NCBI RefSeq assembly: GCF_039654945.1
Contig: NW_027361899.1
Span: forward strand, 16,740,001 to 16,804,000
Source of the DNA: Dendrobates tinctorius
Taxonomy: Eukaryota
Reading direction: 5' to 3'
Length of the DNA: 64,000 bases
A program made the translations under genes and the position numbers. Positions 53,195 to 64,000 of this stretch are shown here, piece by piece (the first letter of the stretch is position 1; every line of letters begins with the position of its first letter). The notes below the pieces were generated by a model. The model saw only the letters and a program-made list of their open reading frames with translations. It was not told the origin of the DNA and ran no database searches.

Positions 53195-53440
53195 GGTGCC
53201 CGGCTTGTCGCTGCTCCGGTGCCCGGTTGGACACTGCTCAGTTTGTCGCTGCTCCGGTGCCCGGTTGGACACTGCTCAGTTTGTCGCTGCTCCGGTGCCC
53301 GGTTGGTCGCTGCTCCGGTGCCCGGTTGGACACTGCTCAGTTTGTCGCTGCTTCGGTGCCCGGTTGGACACTGCTCAGTTTGTCGCTGCTCCGGTGCCCG
53401 GTTGGACACTGCTCAGTTTGTCGCTGCTCCGGTGCCCAGT
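53195..53440. repeat. 38-bp tandem repeat (gtcgctgctccggtgcccggttggacactgctcagttt)
   Basis: About 6 units. Confidence 0.9.
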
Positions 53441-53814
53441 TGGTCTCTGGGCGTCGCTGGACAAATCACAATCTATGGTAGCGGTGATCGCTGTTGTTAA
53501 AGGCGGATGTCATTTCTGTAGTACAGCCCTCACCTGCCCCGTGTAGAGAAGCTCCTGAGCCCGCGCCAAATACCATGACATGCTGCATGACATAATAGTA
53601 CATCATGGTGGATTAAAGGGTTGTTTGCGGAATCATCAAGATCCCCTGCTGGCAGCTCCTGTGTAATCACCCACCAATGATGTCATCAATGTGCGCAGTC
53701 GGAGACACTGCAGCCATGGTGGTACATTCAGGCCATGCAGGCTGCTCACAGAAGCATCAGAAATATGCGGCCTGGCACTCGCTGCTTTACTGAGACCATC
53801 CCCCACTTCCCACC

Positions 53815-54920
53815 CACTGCAGAACTGAGACCCCCACCTGCTGCAGTACTGAGACCACCACTCTCAGCAGTACTGAGACCGCCACCCTCTGCAGTAGAGA
53901 CCACCACCCACTGCAGTTGGGAGACCACCACCCGCTGCAGGCCTGAGGCCACCACCTAGTGCAGTACTAAGACCATCACCCTCTGCAGTAGAGACCACTA
54001 CCCGCTGCAGTACTGAGACTACCACCTAGTGCAGTACTAAGACCACCACCCTCTGCAGTAGAGACCACTACGCATTGCAGTAGAGACCACGACCTGCTGG
54101 AGTACTGAGACCACCACCTAGTGCAGTACTGAGACCACCACCCTCTGCAGTAGAGACCACCACCTAGTGCAGTACTAAGACCACCACCCTCTGCAGTAGC
54201 GACCACTGCTGTGCAGTAGAGACCACCACCCGCTGCAGTAGAGACCACTACGCATTGCAGTACAGAGACCACGACCCGCTGCAGTACTGAGACCACCACC
54301 TAGTGCAGTACTGAGACCACCACCCTCTGCAGTAGAGACCACTACGCATTGCAGTAGAGACCACGACCTGCTGGAGTACTGAGACCACCACCTAGTGCAG
54401 TACTGAGACCACCACCCTCTGCAGTAGAGACCACCACCTAGTGCAGTAGCGACCACTGCTGTGCAGTAGAGACCACCACCTAGTGCAGTACTAAGACCAC
54501 CACCCTGTGCAGTACTAAGACCACCACCCTCTGCAGTAGCGACCACTGCTGTGCAGTAGACCACCACCCGCTGCAGTAGAGACCACTACGCATTGCAGTA
54601 GAGACCACGACCCGCTGCAGTACTGAGACCACCACCTAGTGCAGTACTGAGACCACCACCCTCTGCAGTAGAGACCACTACGCATTGCAGTAGAGACCAC
54701 GACCCGCTGCAGTACTGAGACCACCACCTAGTGCAGTGCTGAGACCACCACCTAGTGCAGTGCTGAGACCACCACCCGCTGCAGTACTGAGACCACCACC
54801 CTCTGCAGTAGAGACCACTACGCATTGCAGTAGAGACCACCACCCGCTGCAGTACTGAGACCACCACCTAGTGCAGTGCTGAGACCATTACTTATGGAGT
54901 ACTAGGACCACCACCCGCTG
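53815..54920. repeat. 23-26-bp tandem repeat (tgcagtactgagaccaccacc...) with higher-order structure
   Basis: Seen directly. Confidence 0.9.
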
Positions 54921-55298
54921 GGGTGAGGGGTCATTAGGTGACATCCTGGCTGTCAGAGAGGTGACTGATGTCTTTAATCATGTCTGAGACGTGTAGTGCG
55001 GGGAGAGGATTTATAGCTCCCACATCAGTGATTCTTGGGATTACAGAGAATATATTTAAGCCAGAGATGATTAGATCTGAAGAGCGGACATGTCCGCCGC
55101 CTTCCCTGCATTCACCGACAGACCCCATCACGGTGCAGGAGGAAGAGCGCGATAAACCGTACAATGTAGCAGAGCTGAGATTCTTCATCAGTTCTTCATG
55201 TAGCGATCTCTGGGGTCGACTCATTACTGCACATGAAGTGCACACATTTTTTTAATTTAGTTTTTGGTGTTTTTTTTCGTGTTTTTCATTTGTGCAAA

Positions 55299-56089
55299 TG
55301 TAGGGTCGGTCGGCCGAGCTGGGGGGGGGTCCCTCTACTTACCGCGCAGAGATAAAAACAGAGACACGATGGAGGCAGATTCTGGGTGCAACAGGTCCAA
55401 GCTTTATTCTCTGGCCGTCCGTCTGACGGCCTCCACAGTACACCGCACTCCAAAGCAATACACTTTACTTCGCTCCCCTTGTCGGCCCTCTGTTTCCAGA
55501 GCCGCTTCTCACACCGTACTTTATACTAGGGACATGTCTGCACACACCGTCCCCTCCTCACTCATCGACGCTCATGACAGGTCCGTCACTGTCGCCGCCT
55601 TAGGCCCGTACACCAACAGCGCTTCCACTGATCAGTCGTCGTGTCGAATACGGTGTCTCACACCCACTGCCTCGTCCCTTCTGCGGTTCTTCCTGTCAGG
55701 ACCACCCCCCTGACGTTCTCTCTCCTCAGTCCCCCTGGTTTAGATTCTTCTCACAGCGCACAGACTGTCGCAGTCCTCCTGTCACTGGAGCTCCCCCTGG
55801 GGACTGGAACCTTCTGGAACCCTCCCTCAGTGTTTATAGCTCACCCGGTCCCCTGTCACTGTAACCCCGCCCCCCATGACCAACGGTTTCTAAAGCCCTA
55901 AGCTGTTGTCAAGTCCTTTGCTCACACTCCTCCCTGCCATCTAATGGTCAACCCAAGGTACTGCACGTCCACTACACTTTCCTAGCTGTTTTCCCACTGT
56001 AATGACTGACACCTACCTACACTGTGCAAACCTTTCCTTCTTCACTCTGACTAGTCCGTCCGTCCGTCCGTCAGGTCACCTTCCCTACA
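55299..56089 (-). mobile_element. Solo LTR
   Basis: Inverted termini TGTAGGG...CCCTACA; flanks CAAA/CAGA; AATAAA on the minus strand near 55404. Confidence 0.6.
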
Positions 56090-56186
56090 CAGACTTATTT
56101 TTTAGGTCTTTTTAGTGTTTGTTGTATTTTTCTGTTCACCATTATGGGCACAGTTTTATCTCTATCCTGGACCATGCATAGCCCAT

Positions 56187-57665
56187 CCTTGGATGGGGAT
56201 GAGGGGGCCATGAATACCAAGGATGGGGATGAGGGGGCCATGAATACCAAGGATGGGGATGAGGGGGCCATGAATACCAAGGATGGGGATGAGGGGGCCA
56301 TGAATACCAAGGAGGGGGATGAGGGGGCCATGCATACCAGGATGGGGATGAAGGGGCCATGCATACCAAGGAGGGGGATGAGGTGGCCATGCATACCAAG
56401 GATGGGGATGAAGGGGCCATGCATACCAAGGAGGGGGATGAGGTGGCCATGCATACCAAGGAGGGGGATGAGGGGGCCATGCATACCAAGGATGGGGATG
56501 AAGGGGCCATGCATACCAAGGAGGGGGATGAGGTGGCCATGCATACCAAGGAGGGGGATGAAGGGGCCATGCATACCAAGGAGGGGGATGAGGTGGCCAT
56601 GCATACCAAGGAGGGGGATGAAGGGGCCATGCATACCAAGGATGGGGATGAGGTGGCCATGCATACCAAGGAGGGGGATGAGGGGGCCATGCATACCAAG
56701 GAGGGGGATGAAGGGGCCATGCATACCAAGGATGGGGATGAGGTGGCCATGCATACCAAGGAGGGGGATGAGGGGGCCATGCATACCAAGGATGGGGATG
56801 AAGGGGCCATGCATACCAAGGATGGGGATGAAAGGGCCATGCATACCAAGGAGGGGGATGAGGTGGCCATGCATACCAAGGAGGGGGATGAGGTGGCCAT
56901 GCATACCAAGGAGGGGGATGAAGGGGCCATGCATACCAAGGATGGGGATGAGGTGGCCATGCATACCAAGGAGGGGGATGAGGGGGCCATGCATACCAAG
57001 GATGGGGATGAAGGGGCCATGCATACCAAGGATGGGGATGAAAGGGCCATGCATACCAAGGAGGGGGATGAGGTGGCCATGCATACCAAGGATGGGGATG
57101 AAGGGGCCATGCATACCAAGGAGGGGGATGAGGTGGCCATGCATACCAAGGATGGGGATGAAGGGGCCATGCATACCAAGGATGGGGATGAAGGGGCCAT
57201 GCATACCAAGGATGGGGATGAAGGGGCCATGCATACCAAGGAGGGGGATGAGGTGGCCATGCATACCAAGGATGGGGATGAAGGGGCCATGCATACCAAG
57301 GAGCGGGATGAGGGGGCCATGCATACCAAGGAGGGGGATGAGGGAGCCATGCATATAAGGATAGGGATGAGGGGGCCATGTAGACAAGGGTAGGTATGAC
57401 GCCATGCATACCAAGGATGGGGGTAAGGGGGCCATGCATACCAAGGATGGGGATTAGGGGGCCATGCAGACAAGGATAGGGATGACGCCATGCATAACAG
57501 GATAAGGATGAGGGGGCCATGCATACGAAGATAGGGATGAGGGGTCATGAATACCAGTATAGGGATGAGGATCCATGTGTATCAGGATGGGGATGAAGGG
57601 ACCATACATACCAGGATATGGATGAGCAGTCCATGCATACCAGGATGGGGATGAGGGGACCATGT
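56187..57665. repeat. 30-bp G-rich minisatellite (gatggggatgaaggggccatgcataccaag)
   Basis: Units are in register across lines and decay toward the right end. Confidence 0.97.
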
Positions 57666-57689
57666 ATACCTGGTTTGGGGAGATATATA

Positions 57690-58588
57690 CACTCACTGGC
57701 CACTTTATTAGGTACACCTGTCCAACTGTGTGTTAAGACTTAATTTCTAATCAGCCAATCACATGGCGGCAACTCAGTGCATTTAGGCATGTAGACATGG
57801 TCAAGACAATCTCCTGCAGTTCAAACCGAGCATCAGTATGGGGAAGAAAGGTGATTTGAGTGCCTTTGAACGTGGCATGATTGTTGGTGCCAGAAGGGCT
57901 GGTCTGAGTATTTCAGAAACTACTGATCTACTGGGATTTTCACGCACAACCATCTCTAGGGTTTACAGAGAATGGTCCGAAAAAGAAAAAAAATCCAGTG
58001 AGCGGCAGTTCTGTGGCCGGAAATGCCTTGTTGATGCCAGAGGTCAGAGGAGAATGGGCAGACTGGTTCGAGCTGATAGAAAGGCAACAGTGACTCAAAT
58101 TGCCACCCGTTACAACCAAGGTAGGCAGAAGAGCATCTCTGAACGCACAGTGCGTCGAACTTTGAGGCAGATGGGCTACAGCAGCAGAAGACCACACTGG
58201 GTACCACTCCGCTCAGCTAAGAACAGGCATCTGATGGCTACTTTCAGCAGGATAATGCGCCATGTCATAAAGCTCGAATCATCTCAGATTGGTTTCTTGA
58301 ACATGACAATGAGTTCACTGTACTCAAATGGCCTCCTCAGTCACCAGATCTCAATCCAATAGAGCATCTTTGGGATGTGGTGGAACGGGAGATTCGCATC
58401 AGGGATGTGCAGCCGACAAATCTGCGCCAACTGTGTGATGCCATCATGTCAATATGGTCCAAAATCTCTGAGGAATGCTTCCAGCACCTTGTTGAATCTC
58501 TGCCACGAAGAATTGAGGCAGTTCTGAAGGCAAAAGGGGGTCCAACCCGTTACTAGCATGGTGTACCTAATAAAGTGGCCAGTGAGTG
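57690..58588 (+). mobile_element. Internally deleted Tc1 element with TA TSD
   Basis: Perfect TIR CACTCACTGGCCACTTTATTAGGTACACC. The MGKKGDLSAFERGMIVGARRAG N-terminus jumps directly to FQQDNAPCH and SPDLNPIEHLW. Confidence 0.95.
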
Positions 58589-58816
58589 TATATCAGGATA
58601 GGGGATATTAGTACAGAACTGACCATAGTTTTTGCTTCAATTTTTTTCTAATTTCCTCCTCTAAAACCTAGGTGTGTTTTATGGTCCAGTGCGTCTAATA
58701 GGCCGAAAAATGTGGTAAATGTTTCAGATCACCAAAGAAATGCAAATTTTAGACAACGATAACACAAGTAACCACAAAATGCAATTTTTAAATTAAGGTC
58801 TTTAGTATTAAATAAT

Positions 58817-59632
58817 TCTGCTGATAATCTGAGGGTAGCATCCTCAATAATCAGAACCTCCCACTCCCCTGTCCAATCTGTCTTGAATGCTGCAGCCAGG
58901 ATCATATTCCTCACCAATCGTTACACCGATGCCTCTACCTTGTGCCAGTCATTACACTGGCTACCCATCCACTCCAGAATTCAGTATAAACTTATTGCCC
59001 TCACCCACAAAGCCCTCCATGGCTCAGCACCATCCTACATCTCCTCCCTTGTTTCAGTATACCACCCTACCCGCGCCCTCCGTTCTGCTGATGACCTGAG
59101 GTTAGCATCCTCAATAAACAGAACCTCCCGTCTCCAAGACTTTACACGTGCTGCGCCAATTCTTTGGAATGCACTTCCCAGGTCAATACGATTGGTCCCC
59201 AATCTCCACAATTTTAAGCGTGCCCTGAAAACGCATTTATTCAGACTGGCCTATCGCCTCAACACATTAACCTAATCTATCCCTGTGTGGCACAGCCAAA
59301 AGTTTTACCATAACCAGGTTCCCCGCATCATGTTCCCACATGCTTTATGCATCCATTAGCCCTCTGTGTCTGTACTGTTACAGACTTAACATTATGGCTG
59401 GTCCATACAATCAGGGCAACTGTTACCACCCACCTTTCGCGTCTTCCCTCTTTCCTCATAGACTGTAAGCTTGCGAGCAGGGCCCTCACTCCTCTTGGCA
59501 TCTGTTATGATCTATGTGATTATTGTTATGCTGTAATGTCTATCGTCTGTACAAATCCCCTCTGAAATGTAAAGTGCTGCGGAATATGTCGGCGCTATAG
59601 AAATAAAATGTATTATTATTATTTATTATTAT
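58817..59632 (+). mobile_element. 5'-truncated L2-clade LINE (ORF2 C-terminus, 3' UTR and (TAT)n tail)
   Basis: NAAARII...LHWLPIHSRIQYKL...LWNALP...FKRALKTHLF; tail aaagtgctgcggaatatgtcggcgctatagaaataaa followed by tattattatt. Confidence 0.9.
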
Positions 59633-60066
59633 TAAGGGAAAAAAGAAATCCAAACCTACAAGGCCCTGTGTGAAAAAAGTGATTGCCCCTAAACCTGATA
59701 ACTGGTTGGACCACCATTAGCATAAACAACTTAAATCAAGCGTTTGCGATAACTGGCAATGAGTCTCTTACAACACTCTGGAGGAATTTTGACCACTCAT
59801 CTTTTCAGATTTGTTGTAATTCAGTCACATTGGAGGGTTACCGAGCATGAATCACCTTTTTAAGGTCATGCCACAGCATCTCAAGCAGATTAAGGTCAGG
59901 ACTTTGAGTAGGTCATTCTAAAGAATTAATTTTGTCTTTCTTAAGCCTTTCAGTGGTGGACTTGCTGGTGTATTTTGGATCATTGTCCTGCTGCATAACC
60001 CAAGTGCGCTTCAGCTTGAGGTCACAAACAGATGACCGGACAGTCTCCTTCAGGATTTTTTTGGTA
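59633..60066 (-). mobile_element. Fragment of another Tc1 (C-terminal catalytic region); flank continues at about 58730-58812 across the L2 insertion
   Basis: Reverse strand reads WVMQQDNDPK...QSPDLN...LIASYRKRLI. Confidence 0.75.
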
Positions 60067-61913
60067 GTGTGGTGTAATGACCACTGTGTCCGCTAGGGGG
60101 CGCTGTGTGGATGTCCCGAGAGAGAGGATAAGTAGCAGAATATGGAAGGACCGTTGTGTATCTCAAGGTGGGTGGCCTTGAGATGGAGACTGATACGTGT
60201 GTTGAGCAGCAGTGATATTGCTGAGGTGCTGTGTCAATGTGTCAGGGAGAAGTCTCCAGGTAACTAGGGAGATGGGAGGGCCTAGTTACCCACAAATGAG
60301 AGTGTGAAGGACCTGTGATGAGGTCATAGCCATGTGATCCGGTGGGCGTGGCTACGGACCATATATGTTGGCCAGGGTAGGTCACATGTGGTAAATACAG
60401 GGACCTGGTTGGTCCAGTGTGGAAGGTCCTGCTAGAAGATGTGTCTCCTGGCTCACAGCATGTGAAGTGGCTGTGAGCAATGGCGACGTGTGCCTGATAG
60501 TTCCCTGGAGGGAATGAACGTGTGCAGGATGGTGAAGCAGCATGAGGAAACCCTGACAGGGTGAGATAACTTGGGGCTAGGAAGCCTGCGCATTGAACAG
60601 TGCATAACTTATATGACTACAGGATAACAGAGGGAAACTCTGTGATGGACGCTGTGCGGAGTATATGCTGTGTTCTGTTGCTGTGATGGTTTATGATGCT
60701 GAATAAACCGAAGGGACTATGATTGTTTTATGGAAAACCCGTGCCCAGGGGCGTAACTAGAACTGATTGGACACACCCCCTCAAAGACACACCCCCTTCA
60801 AGACATTCCCAGAGGTCCATGCGGCAGGCAGCTCTGCAGAGAGCTAATAGACAGCGAGGGCTCAGGGAAGGGGCGGGACTGAACTAGTCTGAAGCATTAC
60901 ACTCTGTGATTGGCTGCAGGCAGGGAGGCGGGCCCAATATGTGCTTCGCTCCGCACAGCAGGCACAGAAATGCAGCGTAGGCTGCGAAATCATAGTGTAC
61001 ATTTTTTTCCGCCGGGGCCCCGGATCCCCTACACGGGCGTTTCTTCTGCCTCTGCCTCACCACTCCTCACGCCACCTTTACTGGTTACTGGACCAGGGTT
61101 TTTCTTACCAGCATTATTTTGCTCCTAACAGGTTGTATAGAGGGGGCCATTTGCAATTGGGACCCTTGATCATTGGCCTGTTTATATTGCAGCAGTAGCA
61201 TAATACCTTTATTAACCCCTATGCTTTTATTTGGGATTGAGCACTTTCTATATGCCAGGGGCAATTTGACAACCAGGACTTATGCATCTTTGAATAGTTT
61301 GCTTGTTCTAACATTTTGTTAGACTTATCAGGTATTTTGCATTCATTATCGTATTAGTTGGAAGGTGGAGTGTATGGTTTTTTCATTATTTGTTGACAGA
61401 CTGTATATTTTTATACCAGGTGTATTGTAAGCACATTTGTAATACATAGAATTATGAAGGGTTTGTGCAGAGGTTATTACCCCCTTTGATTGGGTATGTA
61501 AAATGAACGCAATTGTGCGGTTTTAATTGTTTTTATATTTGCACTGTATGTTGTTTGTTTTGGATGATTAATAAAAGGTTTATTATCTTGTATCTCATTA
61601 TTCTTTATTGGTGATCCCTCCTTTTTACATGCCTCTTTTCTGGTTTATGATGTTGGTCTACAGCATGTAATTGGTGATCCCATACAGTGGTGCCCTCCAC
61701 AATTTTTGAGGATCCCCTACACTACACGCACCGGGCCAGTGGGCCCCCAAGACAGCGTTGGCCACAGCACCCGCCAGAGCGCCGCAGTAATGTACTTAAT
61801 TAAATTGCACTACCGAGTAGCGCAGGGGCGGACACTGACAGCTCGGGGCCCCTGTGCAAGAAATGTGTCTGGGCCCCCCTCCTTTTATGGCGTCAAATAT
61901 ATACATATATATA

Positions 61914-63684
61914 TCTAATATATATAAAGCTCAAAGTGTGCATGTGTGTGTGTGTATGTATGTTTGTATGTCCGGGATAGGCATCCGCACCGTCGCAGCT
62001 ACAGCCACAAAATTTGGCACAGTCACACGTCTGGACCCCGAGAGCGTCCTAAGCTATGTTGTGAGGCAAAATTTTAACTCCGCGCGTTCCAATTCACCAA
62101 ACAATTTTGCCCCTATCTACATACTGGGGAAAAAGTGTGTGTGCGTCAAGCCCCGCCCCTCATTATGATGTCATAATGCCCCATTTGCATACTGGGGAAA
62201 ATGTATTACGGGTATATGGGCACGGGCCTATGGGATGGTGGATATGTATGATGGGTATATGGGCACGGGCCTATGGGATGGTGGATATGTATGATGGGTA
62301 TATGGGCATGGGACTATGGGATGGAGGATATGTATGATGGGTATATGGGCACGGGACTATGGGATGGCGGATATGTATGATGGGTATATGGGCACGGGAC
62401 TATGAGATGGTGGATATGTATGATGGGTATATGGGCATGGGACTATGGGATGGAGGATATGTATGATGGGTATATGGGCACGGGACTATGGGATGGCGGA
62501 TATGTATGATGGGTATATGGACACTCGACTATGGGATGGAGGATGTGTATGATGGGTATATGGGCACGGGACTATGGGATGGAGAATGTGTATGATGGGT
62601 ATATGGACACTCGACTATGGGATGGAGGATATGTATGATGGGTATATGGGCACGAGACTATGGGATGGAGGATATGTATGATGGGTATATGGGCACGGGA
62701 CTATGGGATGGAGGATATGTATGATGGGTATATGGACACTCGACTATGGGATGGAGGATATGTATGATGGGTATATGGGCACTCGACTATGGGATGGAGG
62801 ATATGTATGATGGGTATATGGGCACGGGACTATGGGATGGAGAATATGTATGACGGGTATATGGGCACGGGACTATGGGATGGAGGATATGTATGATGGG
62901 TATATGGACACTCGACTATGGGATGGAGGATATGTATGATGGGTATATGGGCACTCGACTATGGGATGGAGGATATGTATGACGGGTATATGGGCACGGG
63001 ACTATGGGATGGAGTATATGTATGATGGGTATATGGACACTCGACTATGGGATGGAGGATATGTATGATGGGTATATGGGCACAGGACTATGGGATGGAG
63101 GATATGTATGATGGGTATATGGGCACTCGACTATGGGATGGAGGATATGTATGATGGGTATATGGGCACGGGACTATGGGATGGAGTATATGTATGATGG
63201 GTATATGGACACTCGACTATGGGATGGAGGATGTGTATGATGGGTATATGGGCACTGGACTATGGGATGGAGAATATGTGTGATGGGTATATAGGCACGA
63301 GACTATGGGATGGAGGATATGTATGATGGGTATATGGGCACGGGACTATGGGATGGAGTATATGTATGATGGGTATATGGACACTCGACTATGGGATGGA
63401 GGATGTGTATGATGGGTATATGGGCACGAGACTATGGGATGGAGGATGTGTGATGGGTATATAGGCACGAGACTATGGGATGGAGGATATGTATGATGGG
63501 TATATGGACACTCGACTATGGGATGGAGGATGTGTATGATGGGTATATGGGCACTGGACTATGGGATGGAGAATATGTATGATGGGTATATGGGCACGGG
63601 ACTATGGGATGGAGGATAATTATAATTTTCTATAACTAACCACAGTTAGTTACTATGCCCGGGCAGCGCTGGGCACTTCAGCTA

Positions 63685-63685
<1 letters not shown>
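61914..63685 (+). mobile_element. Non-autonomous Helitron-like element carrying a 43-bp minisatellite
   Basis: 5' A|TC start, 3' GC-rich hairpin (63657-63674) then CTAG|T; no TSD. Confidence 0.75.
62210..63618. repeat. 43-bp minisatellite inside the Helitron-like element
   Basis: gatgggtatatgggcacgggactatgggatggaggatatgtat units. Confidence 0.95.
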
Positions 63686-63718
<33 letters not shown>

Positions 63719-64000
63719 CTCAAGTGTGTGTATGTATGTGTGTATGTCTGGGATAGGCATCCGCACCGCCGCAGCTACAGCCACAAAATGTGGCACACTC
63801 ACATGCCTGGACCCCGAGAGCGTCCTAGGCTATGTTGTGAGGCGAAATTTTAACCCCGCGCGTTCCAATTCACCAAACAATTTTGCCCCTATCTACATAA
63901 TGGGGGAAAAGTGTGTGTGTATCAAGCCCCGCCCCTCATTATGATGTCACAATGGTTGACAATGGGATGGAGGATGTATGACGGGTATATGGGCACGTGA
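63686..64000 (+). mobile_element. Second head-to-tail copy of the Helitron-like element (runs off the window)
   Basis: 63712-63950 repeats 61921-62175 (tataaagctc...gggataggcatccgcacc...aagccccgcccctcattatgatgtca). Confidence 0.8.

Noticed and set aside
56095-57548. 344-468 aa repetitive ORFs on both strands
   Set aside because: Artefacts of the 30-bp minisatellite.
60067-61850. LTR-like, hAT-MITE-like and Penelope-like fragments
   Set aside because: Probably nested repeats, but I could not define matching termini or TSDs well enough to call them.

Overview
This is repeat-rich vertebrate genomic DNA, most likely a frog (inferred from the TE and minisatellite repertoire). A CpG-island first exon on the minus strand (52200-52328) matches galnt14 exon 1 (43 codons, phase-0 donor). 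Everything to its left is therefore most likely galnt14 intron 1; I found no exon 2. The main discovery lies inside this intron: a 13.3-kb unit (14668-27984) flanked by a perfect 8-bp duplication, TGTGCATC, and bounded by two direct copies of a ~2.5-kb non-autonomous hAT-type element. Between the two copies is a complete, apparently intact 9-coding-exon gene on the + strand (20286-24443), with upstream region and polyA signal. It encodes a compact 295-aa GCNA/ACRC-like SprT metalloprotease (HELCH motif, zinc ribbon, SIM-like motifs, no HMG box). The structure reads as a composite (Tn10-like) DNA macrotransposon carrying a germline-type protease gene. The ORF track misses this gene almost entirely. 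Other content: a Sushi-type chromovirus with a PEG10-like GGGAAAC plus pseudoknot frameshift signal, fused by deletion to a degenerate hAT transposase; several Tc1 elements; Harbinger and TTAA-type MITEs; Helitron-like elements carrying minisatellites; CR1 and L2 fragments; a V-SINE; solo LTRs; many minisatellites (the source of the long spurious ORFs); and one assembly gap.
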